Below, one piece after another: positions 12,901-25,799 of a stretch of DNA of 64,000 nucleotides. The DNA is from Octopus sinensis (lineage: Eukaryota), in assembly GCF_006345805.1 (NCBI RefSeq), contig NC_042997.1:194618001-194682000 (forward strand). Direction: 5' to 3'. The notes under the pieces are model-generated. The model was not told the DNA's origin. It saw nothing but the letters and a program-made list of their open reading frames with translations, and searched no databases. Positions within the stretch are counted from its first letter, which is position 1, and every line of letters starts with the position of its first letter. The position numbers and the translations under genes are program-made.

Positions 12901-14457
12901 GTTGCGAGTTCGTGTATATACAGAGGTAGGTTGGATATCTTGGTACAACAAAGTTTATGATCATAACAAAACACACTACAACAGTACAAGCACCCTCACG
13001 GCTATGGCAGCAAAAAGATCAAGCTACAAAATCTCCTACAAACTACGAGTGGTAGATTATGCCAAGGAGCATGGAAATAGAGCAGCAGCAAGGGTTTTTG
13101 GGCCACCACCTACAGAAAAAATGATACGTGTCTGGCGACAGCAAGAAGAACAGCTGATGAGAGCACAGAAAGGTAAACATAACCTTCGTTGCCCAGCTCC
13201 ACATTGGCCAGAACTTGAGGATGATATAAAAACGTGGGTGCTTGATGAGATAAACTCAGGGAGAAGTGTATCTACCAAAATGATAATTCATGAGGCCATG
13301 AGAGTAGCAGAACAACGAGTGATACAGAACTTTGCAGGAACAGAAGGTTGGTGCTACAGGTTTATGAAACGGAAGGGTTTATCAATGCATACGAAAACAT
13401 CCATTGCACAAAAAATGCCTGCTGATCATGAAGAAAAAATATTAAGTTTTCTTTCTTGCATTTATAACAAATCTATGAAAATCTGTTTTGAACTGGGCCA
13501 AATATGGACGAAGTTCCACTCACATTTGATGTACCATCCAACAGGACTGTGAGTGTCAAAGGGTCTAAAACGGTTTCGATAAAAACCACTGGCCACGAAA
13601 AGACCAGTAGCTCTGGCCTGTTGTGCTGATGGCATAAAACTGCCACCTCTGATATTTAAGAGAAAAACTCAGCCTAAGGATAAAATTCCAAGGTGTACTA
13701 GTTCATGTTCACGAAAAAGGCTGGATGGACGAAAATGGAATGAAACTGGTTACAAAATATATGGTCAAGGCGTCCTGGTGGACTATTAAGAAAACCTTCT
13801 CTTCTGGTTTGGGATCAGTTTAGAGCACATAGAACTGAAGCCATTAAAAAAAGGGTGGGAGAATTGAAAACGCAGTTAGCTGTCATTCCTGGTGGACTGA
13901 CGAGCCAATTGCAGCCTGTGAATAAGCCATTTAAGCAGAACATGCGTGAACATTCGAACAAGTGGATGGCAGAGCCACATCATGCCCTCACACCCACAGG
14001 AAGAATGAAGTGGCCCACCATTGCTGAAGTGTGTGAGTGGGTGAAGAAATCTTGGGATGATGTTAGGCCTGAAATCATTGTGAAGGCTTTTAAGAAGTGT
14101 GGCATTAGCAATGCCCTTGATGGCACAGAAGATGATGCATTATTTGAAGACAGTGATTTCAGCAGTAGTGATGAAGATGTTCCTTGTTTTGAAGATGATG
14201 GAGACTTTTCTGGTGTAGAAGATGATGAAGAGTTTTCTGGTTAAAAAGATGATTAAAGATGATTACTCTTGTAATTTGTATGCTTTCCTTTTGTATGCTT
14301 GCTTCTATACAGCAATGTTTTCTGCTTTTGTAATGTGCTGCTAGACTGCTTTCAACAATATATGCTTAAATACACTTAAAACTTTTTTTCCTGAATTTGA
14401 CCTGCTGAAATGAGGGTGCATCTAATATGCCAGTGCGTCTAATATGCCGTCAAATAC

Positions 14458-14459
<2 letters not shown>
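12900..14459 (+). mobile_element. pogo/Tigger (POGK-like) DNA transposon relic; right TIR present
   Basis: Brinker-type DBD SYKISYKLRVVDYAKEHGNRAAARVFG, CENP-B HTH (GTEGWCYRFMKRKGLS) and DDE piece IPGGLTSQLQPVNKPFK. The right end ...GCCGTCAAATACGG is followed by TA. Confidence 0.9.
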
Positions 14460-14512
<53 letters not shown>

Positions 14513-14949
14513 CTCAGCCCCTCAGTCTCCCTAAATATATAGACACGAACATTAGAAGTATAGACGCAATTAGTTTAGTTTAGAAAAAAACGTTTGTAGC
14601 TACGGTCAGGTATATTTATAATTTACATCCTGTTAATAATCTTTCATTTTCTATTTCAGCTTCGTAACATCCTCTCTTTCTTTTCTTTCTCTCTCTCTCT
14701 GTCTCTTCACTTCTCTCTATCACACCATCTTTCTCCTCTCAGCCATTCAATCTTTCCCTGTCTCTTCACTTCTCCACTTCTCTCTGTCACACCATCTTTC
14801 CTCTCTCAGCCTCTCAATTTTTCTAAATATAGTCGCGAACTTTCCTCTCTTTTTATCTTCTCTCAGCTCTCAATCTCTCTAAATACATAGACACTTTCTT
14901 TCTCTATTTCTTCTCTACCCTCTATCACACTATTGAATTTTAAATATAA

Positions 14950-17290
14950 TTAGAGATAATAAAATATCCAAAATGTCCAGAACCTGGAGAAGTAACGAAT
15001 TGGCATTGTTCCTGAGAGCCTGGCAATGTGCTGACGGAGATAACCCGAACAACATAATTACAGCTGCGCTGAAGAGCAGTGGATATAAAAGATAGAGCGA
15101 AAGAAGCAGGAGTTTATACGCTCCAATGCACTCATAAGATCTCACATGGGCACGCTTTATGCCATCTTCGACAACGAACAAAGTAAAGATGGCAAGGATG
15201 GAGACGCGGTTGCTGATGAAAGAAGTCACCCCCACTTCGTAGACACCCAGGAAGAAGATTCAAGTGAGAAACCTGCCCGGGAAGTAAACCCAAGTGCAAG
15301 TGCTCCTACCAGCACCAAAAGCCATGGAGATGAAAGAGCCAAAAAAGAAATAAAAGGAGGAAAAACTAAAAGAAAAACAGGATGAAACAGCCAAAGAAGG
15401 AAAAACTAAAACTCAAACAAAACCAAAAAATGAAACAGCCAAGGATAGAAGCAAACCTGACTATCAATGTACCAAAAAGGATAGAAACAGACAGCGCACA
15501 CGAATGTGTAAATTCTACCTGAAAGGTGTCTGCTGGCATGGAGAGGAAGGTGCAGGCTGCCGTTTTGCACATCAAAGACCCTGCCACAAAAACACGAAAC
15601 AGGTCAGAAACCAACTATCAAAAAGAAAAGAGATGGACCATGCACCACCTGCCCCAAAACGGAGGTACGCAGATGTGGTGCGTGCCACAAACCGCCAACA
15701 TGTTGTTTAAAGGGCAGCTGCTGAACAAGAATCTTTTTTGTGCATGGCACAAAAGATTGTACAGCAGCTAACCTGGCTCCATCAAACTCAAACTCGCAGA
15801 TGGGACTATCCACAATACACAAGACCACCACAGCAAATAGACCCAAGGTGGACACCGCCAGCAACAGCATACATCTCACCTCGATGCTCCTACTGAACAT
15901 CAGAGGACTGCTAACACTCAGTAACAGGACAAAAATCCCATTCTTGAGAGACTTTGTTGCATGCAATCAAGCCTTATGCATAGCACTTACAGAAACACAC
16001 CTGAAACCGGACATAGCAGATGCGGAAATACACATACCACAGTATGTTGTACTACGGACCGACAGAAAAGAAAGGAGTCATGGAGGAGTTGCTATGTACA
16101 TCCATGAGGACCTCACACTCCAGGTCCTTTTGTCATACTCAAATTCGGTGTGTGACACACTAATTGTACATATAAGGAAACTTGGTGTAGTTATATGTGC
16201 TACATATCGCCCTCCAGATGCCCCAAGCCATGTAGGCAAGTTTGAAGACTGCCTTATAAAAATAGAAGTTCTAGTCACATTAGAACACATAAGTGTACTT
16301 CTTATGGGAGACCTCAATCTACCCAATGTCAGATGGCCTTTCTCTCCCAGGAATGACACGATGTGAACGAGGACAGGCGTGGTCCCTCCTGAATCTCATC
16401 AACACTCTGTACATGGAGCAAGTAATACTCCAACCAACCAGGGCAGGTAACATACTGGATCTCTGCTTCACAAATAATATGGATCTTATCCATAATGTGA
16501 AAGTGACACCGACACTACTCTCGGATCACAACATGGTAGAGCTGACCATGTACGGGCCAAAGGAAAGCATGAACATGCAGCCTACAAGAAACTCTCAGAA
16601 TCTTTCCAGCTTGAACTTCCATAAGGCAAACTGGAAACAAATTGAGAAAGAGATCCTCAAACAAAACTGGCCTGAATGTCTATCCTCGCCAGACATCGAC
16701 ATGAAACTTCAACAATTCATGTCTGTAATGCAAGCCATATGCTACAAATTTGTCCCAGAGCAAAATCCCCAGAGAGAGGAAAATTCTAATGAGACGGCGT
16801 ACAAAAGTTTCAAATCGCCTAAACAAACAAATTGAAAGCAGTTAAAAGTCCCACCTGAAAATAAAACTGTTGGAAATTGAAAAATGTCTGCAACTCTCCC
16901 ATGGAAAAGAAAGAGCAGACAAAGAAGAAAGAACAGACAACATAAAATCTAACCCCAGAGCTTTCTACAGGTATGCCAAAGAAACAGCTACGGTGCACTG
17001 TAGGAAAGGGCCACTCCTTGAAAAGGATGGCACACTCACAGGAAATCCAATGAGGGTAAGTGAAATACTAAATGAGCAATTCAAGAGTATTTTCACGCCA
17101 CCCCTAGGGCATTTCCAAGTCAGCAATCCAACTGATTTCTTTACCACTGCAGATATAAAATCGGAGGCAGCAATGATTGATTACATCAATATAAAGGAAG
17201 ACGATGTAATAAAGGCTATTGATGAAATGAAAACAAACTCAGCTACTGGCCCCGATGGATTCCCGGCAAGCGGAAAATACAATCCTTAAC
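14950..17290 (+). mobile_element. CR1/L2-clade LINE relic: CCCH-finger ORF1 remnant, APE endonuclease, start of RT; 3'-truncated
   Basis: CKFYLKGVCWHGEEGAGCRFAH; LLNIRGL..IALTETHL..RTDRKERSHGGVAMYI; YRPPD; GDLNLP; GNILDLCFTN; SDHNMV; ends at SATGPDGFP. Confidence 0.88.
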
Positions 17291-18160
17291 TACGCGCTAA
17301 AAAGCTATTCAAAATATCCACATGACGTCTACTGACCAGCCTGAACAATAAGAATTTTCAACAACGCTATTTTCGAAAACTCCATACACCACCTACACCA
17401 ACATTCATTCTAAACATTCACATGACCTCTCTATTATGACCACATTGACATGACTTCTTTATTATGACCAATAAGAAATTTTAGGCGCGATACCAGCCAA
17501 ATTTTAACATCTCTGGAGCCTATTTTCTTACCCCAACACCAACTTCCATTCAAACATTCACGTGACCCCTTTATAATGACCAATCAAAATTGTATTGACC
17601 ATTGTCCACAAGAAATTTTAGGCGCGAAACCAAGCAAATCTTAAACAACTCTGGAGCCTCTTTTTTCACATATAAGAGACAGCAAACCCAACATAAAGTC
17701 AGATAAGAGAAAAAAATCAATCAGAAAGGAACTCTATCTCACTCAAAATATCATTTGATAAGCATAACAAATGCACAACCGGTAAACTCTTACTTTTTTT
17801 ATTCTACACTGAAATCTGACATTGAACTTTTCCACAAAAAACTGTATATTACACGCTTTTACTAAATATCTTATTCTGAAACAGAACACTGTAAAAGATT
17901 CTTACTTTTTTTCTTATACACTGAAATCATTCACAAAAAATGAACATTGTATTCTAACCCAATTTTTCTCTTTTTTTGTTTAAAAAAAGAACTTTCACCT
18001 AATTAAATACACTCTCCCTTAAATTATTTTGTCAGCATTTTCTTCATCTTTTTATATATATATATATATATATACGAATGCGTTGGTCTTGAAAATTTTA
18101 AGACAGATATTCCTGAGGCATTGATACAGTCGCCTCGTGTATATTCGTCTCTCCCAGGTT

Positions 18161-18261
18161 TCTTTTACTGATGAAGTGTGACCCATGGTAGACTAGCTTA
18201 ATTTAATTTAATTAAGCTGGTCTATCATTAAAAACACAGAAACGATGCATCGTCTAAAAGA
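18161..18261 (+). ncRNA. Type I hammerhead ribozyme with a long stem II hairpin
   Basis: Stem I TCTTTTA/TAAAAGA, intact CTGATGA core, GAAA, palindromic stem III CGATGCATCG, GTC cleavage triplet (after 18254). Confidence 0.8.
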
Positions 18262-18381
18262 TGAATTAGGGTAAACGTTTTTAAATTTTCACCTTATTTC
18301 CGAATTGCACTACTTGGCGGTTTGAGTTCTGGCTGCTCTTTCTGGTGGACGAATGGCCTGTTAAGGCCATTCCTAAATTGT

Positions 18382-18412
<31 letters not shown>

Positions 18413-19579
18413 GGGCTATTCTATAAGGAATGTAATTAATATATCCTCATTAAACAATTTCAAATTAAATTCTATAACAATTTAACTAATATTAACCATA
18501 GTTACAGCAGAACTATCACAAGCAATAAACATAACTTTATTTTGTTCCGCGAGTGAAGCCCAGAAATGTGGCTTCACTCACAGGAGCCTATTGGCAGCAA
18601 TTCAATTGGGGTCAATATCGAGAAGTCCTTCACTGTCTGCCGGAAATATAGGAGGGGCTGAATTCTGTGCAAAGTTTGGTGGAATAGAACGAAACAAACA
18701 TCGTTTTGTTGTGCCTCTCATCCAGGAATATATCAACTCTGGCTCAATTATTTAAGAGATTCTTGGTGGCTACGGGGTTAGTCAGCACATGTTAATGATG
18801 TCGTGGCGCAAGGCGACTTCCACCCGAGATAGGTGTAGGGCCATCACCACTTCTCCAATCCCATCAACTGGGGATTCCATCTGATGAACACGCATGCCTG
18901 TAAGCATGTTAATAAGCACAGTCCCTCTGGCTGTGAGAGCAGCCACCTTCACTCTGCTTGATGCCACATCAAAACGTACAGTTGCCATTCAGCAACACAG
19001 CAAGTCCAGCTCACAACCATTGGGCTTCTTGTGACGACATTTCGGATGATAACTGGGACACATTCAGGAAGTGTATAGAGAATTGGGTGGAAGACATGGG
19101 TTCATGCAGCATGGTTGCTCGCAACAGGCTGAGACATCGAGCTGCAGTTGGTGCCCTTAAGGCACAGGAACGACTATGCACTAAGAAAAGGAAACAATTC
19201 ATGACATAGATACTAGCAGAAGATTTGGAGGGTGAGTGCCTTGTCCCAATGCCTCCAGTAGAAGCTCCCTACAGAGACAGGTTCTCCCAACCCGGGAAAT
19301 ATCCCATTTTGTTTAGCCAAAAGAATATGCACAATAGCATCAGGCGCAAACACCTGTTATGCACAACTCCAAGAATTAAGTAGGAAAGTGATTTCCACAA
19401 GGATTGGAATGCGTCTGTCATCAGAATTCTACACACAGCTTTACAGACAGCAGTTCCAGTCTCAACTGCAGTCACAACCAGTGCAGCCACATGGCCATGG
19501 TGCAGTCCCGGAAACGCAATGGGAGTGACATTTTTCACACTTATCTATAGGAATTGCCCATGACCCTTAATCGACAATC

Positions 19580-20240
19580 TGACGGGTCCTTAAATTAAAT
19601 ACAGAAGAACTTAGACGACCAAGACCAAAAAAGGAAGAAAAATTGAAAACCCTGCCTTACATTACCACACACAACCCACATAACAATGAGGCCTTCAACA
19701 TTATACTCCACAGCACAACTCTACTCATGACAGACCCGAAGATCAATCAAATCATCAAAAGTAAGAGAGAGCCAAAAATCAATGAAGATCTTAAACCCAG
19801 GCCAAACTACACTCAAAAATAGCCACAAAGCCAACAGTAAAAGAGTGCTGTAGACCCAACTGTGGGATCTGTATCAACATGATAGAAGGATCAGAATACT
19901 GAATAGAACAACGCCATAATTTTACCATAAAAACTGTGCATCAGAGAACTTGATTTACCTACTTACACGCTCAGGATGCAAACGGCAATATATTGGACAC
20001 AAAAAACAGCATACATCAGAGAAAGGTGGTGCACAAATCTCAAATTAGAATTCTGGAACGCAGGAAGATACCTGTCAGCCAACACAGATGAATGTGCATC
20101 CAACAAATTTCCCAAATTCACAACTTTTCCATTATACAAATTCAAAGACAATGCTAGCCAATATGAATGCATTAGCAAGGAAATGATTTTCATTAGAAAG
20201 TATCAACCAAGTCGAGATTCTTTAAACTCGGAACACAGAC
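19580..20240 (+). mobile_element. Penelope-like element 3' (GIY-YIG) fragment
   Basis: IYWTQKTAYIRER...YLSANTDECASNKFPKFTTFPLYKFK...KEMIFIRKYQP..LN resembles a decayed PLE GIY-YIG end. Confidence 0.6.
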
Positions 20241-20241
20241 A

Positions 20242-20285
<44 letters not shown>

Positions 20286-20289
<4 letters not shown>

Positions 20290-21420
20290 CTAATTTATAG
20301 AATTAATGAGTTCATCCACAGGATAAGATGGAAGATTTTCCACCATGAAAACAGTAATAACAAAACGAATCAACAACGTAATGGCGAAACTAACCGCAAT
20401 GGAACAGGAAGTACCTATGAGGAAATAATCAAACTAACCGGTAACAAATTTAAATCTAGGAAATCTCCTCCACCAAATAAACATCTCGATAACTTCGAAC
20501 AGGAATTATGGGAGTCTATCAAAAACATCAAATTAAAAAAAAAAAAATCACCCATTGAGGTATAATCCATACCAAAGAAAGTTAAAGGAACTAATAAGAA
20601 CTCTTAAGGGTAAGAATGGCATTCTAACCCATTCTGATAAAACCAGTAACATTTACAATATTGACATCCTTACATACCATGAATTACTACATAAAGAAAT
20701 TACAAAAAAATATAAAATTGTACCTTTTAACACAGTTAGGAAACTAAACTTGGAGGTTAGGGAAACAATGTTGGATTATTACCTGGAAGATAAAACTGAA
20801 CCTTATACCCCCATTAGACCGAGAATCACACTCAAGGACCATAAGGAAAACTTTCTTGGTAACACGCAGGTCAGATTGATTTGCCCTACCAAATCTGACT
20901 TATTCTTGACAAATATTTACCGACTATACGTAACAAAATTAAACTAAGCCTTTAGAAAAATACTCAAGGTGCATTAGATTGGTTTTCTGCCATTAAGGTT
21001 AGTGATAATAATAGAGGTAAATTCATCCAATTGAATATACAAAATTACTACTCCTCCATAAACCCTATTATATTAAATAAGGCTTTAAGTTTTGCTAGGA
21101 GACACACCAAATTAAGTATGGGGGAGATAAGGGTTATCTTAACAGCTAGAAAAACATTAATAGAGTTGGATAACAAACTATGGGCTAGAAAAGACACACC
21201 CAATTTATTCGACATCACAATGGGATCGCCGGATTCAGCGGAAGTGACAGATTTGGTTGGGATGTATTTACTCGATAACCTTAGTAGGGAATTCCCTGAA
21301 TTAAAAGGAGGACTATATAGGGATGACGCTTTATTTTTGGTAAATAATAAATCAAATAGGAGACTAGATTTACTGAAAAAAAGACTACATAAATTTTTTT
21401 AAAGTTTTGGCCTAATTCTG
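20286..21420 (+). mobile_element. Penelope-like RT fragment
   Basis: RINEFIHRIRWK, RITLKDHKENF..VRLICPTKSD, ITMGSPDSAEVTDLVGMYLL and GGLYRDDAL; homologous to 11047-11802. Confidence 0.88.
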
Positions 21421-21589
21421 TAGACGATATCATGAAGATTATATCAAACATGGTTTCGCATCCAGTGTAGAAGATCCTTTTTTACCACAGTGTATTATCT
21501 GCTCGAATGTATTAACTAATGACTCAATGAAACCCTCGACATTGTTATATCATCTACAAAAAAATTCATCCCAGTTTATTTAGCAAGCC

Positions 21590-22930
21590 AAAGCAGTACT
21601 TCGAAAAATACCATCGCAAAACAAATGTCATCTTCATTGCTCAAAAATTTCCCCATCCACACTAACAACCGTTCGGGCCTGCAGGCATCATATAACATTT
21701 TGCTCATGATAGCAAAACAGGGTCGCCCGCATACCATTGCTGGAGATTTGATTAGGCCCTCCCCATACTTGAAGCATATAAAGTTGCTAATGTGCTGAAC
21801 GCTGCCTAAATTTTAGCAAGTATTCCACTTTCAAACACTATCTTCCCGCATTTGTGAAATGGCCAAAGATGTCCAATCCATGGTTGCAGAAGGCGTGCGA
21901 CACTGACAGTGGATGACAGCACCTTTGACATTGAATGCGTTATCCTTGCCTTTGCTTCCGATGTGAAAGGTGTCGACAGTTTGTGAAAACCTACTCTTAT
22001 GAAAACTGTACTGAAAAACATGGGAAAGATGATCTACAATACAGTCATGGATTATCTTACTAAAAATGGCAGTGATCCCTTCAACCTCATATCAATATGC
22101 AGACAGAGCACCATCTATGATTGACAAATCCCAGCGTTTTGTTGCCAGATTGATAGAAATTAATCCCATCTTCACAATTCATTGCATTCTCCACCGAGAA
22201 AACCTAATAGCAAAAAGAACCAGAAATAATATGTTTTCTGAAACCCTAGACTTAATTGCTTTCGCAGTAAAAAAAAAAAAAAAGACATGAAAGATCTGCT
22301 CATCAAGACAGGCATTTTCAAGAAGCTTGTAAAGATGAAACATTCAACCATCTGTTGTATTTGACAGATATACACTGGCTATTAATGGGAAGTTGTCTCA
22401 AATGTTTTGTGGCACTTTTCGATAAAGTCAGAGTTTCTTCAACAAACCGATCCAACTATGACAATCACTTACTCAGAAAAAATCTGTATTTTTTTTTATT
22501 ATTTACATGACATCTTTCAAAAACTTAATGATCTCAATGTTTCTTTACAAAAGCAAAACAAACCTTGTACAACACAGACACTTGATAAGGGCATTTGTAA
22601 ATAAACTCGTTCATTGGAGACCATAACTTTCTGCAGTTCACGAACTTAAAAACTGTTGTGGTAAATAACTTGCACAAATATATAATAGGGCATCCATCTT
22701 TCCTTCACAAAAACTTCAATATTCGTTATGAAGATCTTTTGGCTTTATATATCCCAATTTTTGTGGACTCTTCAGACAATGTCTATGAACAATATACTTG
22801 TTCAACCAGAATGCGTTCAGGTGGAGCTATCTGAGGCAACGGTAGACAATCTATGCAAATCGTCTGAAAACAACTAAGTCAAGGCTTGGTTGACTCATTC
22901 TCACTAATAGCCAAAGCTGTTTGAACAAGT
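21590..22930 (+). mobile_element. hAT transposase relic (Buster/ZBED5-like)
   Basis: IAKQGRPHTIAGDLI, IPLSNT, IHCILHRENLIAK and YLHDIFQKLNDLNVSLQ. Confidence 0.8.
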
Positions 22931-23852
22931 CAAGCCTTTTATAAATCTTCCGACATTCTACTTCGCTGAAAGGGATTTCCCCTTGTCCTCCATTGGTTCA
23001 CAAAGCAGTGGAGGTGTCTGAACCTCGATAATAATGCAGCAATGATGCTCACAGCCATAAACATGAGAAATACAAAGTCGATGGAATACATCAACACAAA
23101 AACAAACTTAACACTCAAAGACATAAAAACAAACAACCACCCATACACAACACCACCAGAACACATTACAATATCGCACATCACATCACACAAACCCTGC
23201 ACCACACACTAAAATCCTTATGCCTGGATGCAGTTGGAAAATGCCAAAAGTACTCTAAAAAACTTAGTGATCACCCCGAGGAAAAACCGAAGGAGACAAA
23301 AACATTCAAACGGTGACTGTTCCTTTCGTTAGTGTTTTAAACATACCTGATTAGGATTATGATCAAGATTGGTTGTGTGAATGCACGTGGCTTGGGGTCC
23401 TCTTGGAAACAAGGGTACCGCTTAAATGACAAAGTCACACGAGTTAGAAACTATAGCTATAAATGAAACCAGACTCCATAATCCCTTTACACAACCAAAG
23501 CAGCACCAACACCACAAAAAACACACACAATGCTATCAGCGATAGACACAAAAACACAAAACTAATGGACTACATCACAGCTCACACAAACATTTGTGAA
23601 GATGATTTCAAAACTAACAACCATCCACGCACTACACCACCGAAACACATCAAGATACTACACGGCACCACACACTCAAAGCCCTCTTTCTAAATGCGGT
23701 TGGGGGGGTTCCAAAATTACTTATCCAAGAAACTTTATAAAAACCTCCTCAAAGACACGTCAAAAGAAAAGGAAGCTAAAACTTTCGAAACAAGAAGGTA
23801 ACTCTTTGTCCCTTTCATTTTGTGTTTTTGAAGCACACAACTCAATAGGATC

Positions 23853-25790
23853 GTGGTCAAGATTGGTTGTGTGAATGCACGTGGCTTGGGGTCCCCTTTG
23901 AAACAAGAGTACCTCCTAAATGACATCAAGTCACACGATTTGGGAATCATAGCCATAAGTGAGACCAGACTCCATGAGCCACGGGCACTAAAGTCCATGT
24001 TTGGCAGACTGTTTAACATTTATTTTTCTCCGTCTCCTGAGAATGGGCAGTAGTGTCACAGTCATACTCTTTTGGAAAGAGTCTGGATCTCAAAAACAAT
24101 ATTCGTTGACCCGGAGGGTCGACTGGCTGTCCTGGATGTCAATGGCAGCAATAGGTGTGCTTTTTGACTCATATCAGTCTACGAACCACCTTTAACAGGT
24201 CGGCTGGATTTTTTTCAACATCTAGAAGTATTCCTAGGAACTTATCCTTTACTTTTAGTGGTGGATTGAAACGCTACCTTGGACACGCATCTAGACTACG
24301 TGGGCAGAGAGATAGTAATAGGAGAGGTTGCAAATATCTCTAAGACCTGCTCAGATGCTTTCGACTGTCTGACAGGTTCCGACTCGACCACCTGAATGCA
24401 TCAACGTGGACATGGAACAACTGTATTGGGTCGTTGAGATCATATCTAGATAGAATACTGTGTAGGACAGTAGATAGAGCTAGTGTAGGGTGTCCACAAT
24501 TCCACATAGTCAGCTACATGGACCAAACTTGTGACGTGTATGCTAGACCTAGATAAGGCACATAGGCAGGGTCCCAGCTACTGGAAACTGAATACATATT
24601 TCCCGTCAAGACAGGTTTTCAGAGACCGGATTAGCATGCTAGTGAAGAGGGCTCTGACAGGAGCCATCATCAACAACAAATGCTGGTTTGCCCTCAAGAG
24701 AGCAAAAGAAGTTGAATCAGATATAGCAAAGCACTAGTGATAGATAAAAACGAAATGGGTGACCTACTTAAGAAACTAGAAGAGGTGATTAGAAGAGGCA
24801 TCGCATTCGACGTACTGGCGGCGAGGTTGGCCCTCAACACCTCAATGCCAAACACGAGGGGTGCATTGTCAGGGCTAGGATGTGTGCTCAAAGAAACGAA
24901 TGTGTTGGAGCCTCTCAAGAAGCCCAGGTGGCGGAGGCGCAACAGAGATACCATTCGGTCTCTGATGGATGAACAGGAGTGCAAATCACTTGAGCCTAGT
25001 AAAATATGTGAGGCTTTTCAGCAGCACTTTGCCAGGCTTTACAGCACAAGTGGCGAGTGAGAACGAAGGGTGGACTTCATAGCCTGCCATGACTTACGTC
25101 ATAACCTGCATAGCCTGCCATGACTCTTGGCAAAGAGACAGAGTGTTGCGAAGGTGCCATCAAAGTGGCAGATGTGCAAAGTGCGCGAGGGACAAATCGC
25201 CGGGTTTGGATGGTCTGCCCTACAAGCTTTACAATTGTATGCGAGACTTGTTTGGAGTCATCTTGGCAGCAGTGTACTACAACTGGCAGCAAAACGGGAA
25301 TATCCCTGGTTTTGTGAGCCAAAGAGCTGTAAAGCTGCTAAAGAAAGATCCAAACAAGGGGGACGTAACATAACATTAGGCCTATCACTCTGCTCAATGC
25401 AGACTTCAAATTTTTGGCCAAGGTGGCACTTGTCATCGAGAAAGTGGTCAACAAGGTGCAAACGTGTGCCATGCCAGGCCGGGGCATCTATGACAACCTC
25501 CACCTCATGCACTACATCATAGACAGGGTAGTTAAGGAACCTGGCATGGGTGGGGCACTGATCAATTTGGATCAATCCAAAGCTTTCGATAGGGTAGGCC
25601 TTCAATACTTGGAGGCTGTCCTCATAGTGGCTGGGTTCCGTCCCGTTTTCCCCAGCTGGATCGTCGCCCTATACAAAGGCATCTGTTTGGTAATTTACAT
25701 GAATGGGCATCTATTTGAGACCTTTCGACATTGCACGTTCGGTCTGTCAGGGATGCTTCCTCTCATCACATCTGTTTGTATTGACCCTTG
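23853..25790 (+). mobile_element. Tx1/L1-clade LINE ORF2 relic (APE plus N-terminal RT), heavily frameshifted
   Basis: KIGCVNARGLGS..IAISETRL, YWKLNT, KSPGLDGLPYKLY, MPGRGIYDNLHLM and LINLDQSKAFDRV. Confidence 0.85.
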
Positions 25791-25799
25791 AGCCACCAC

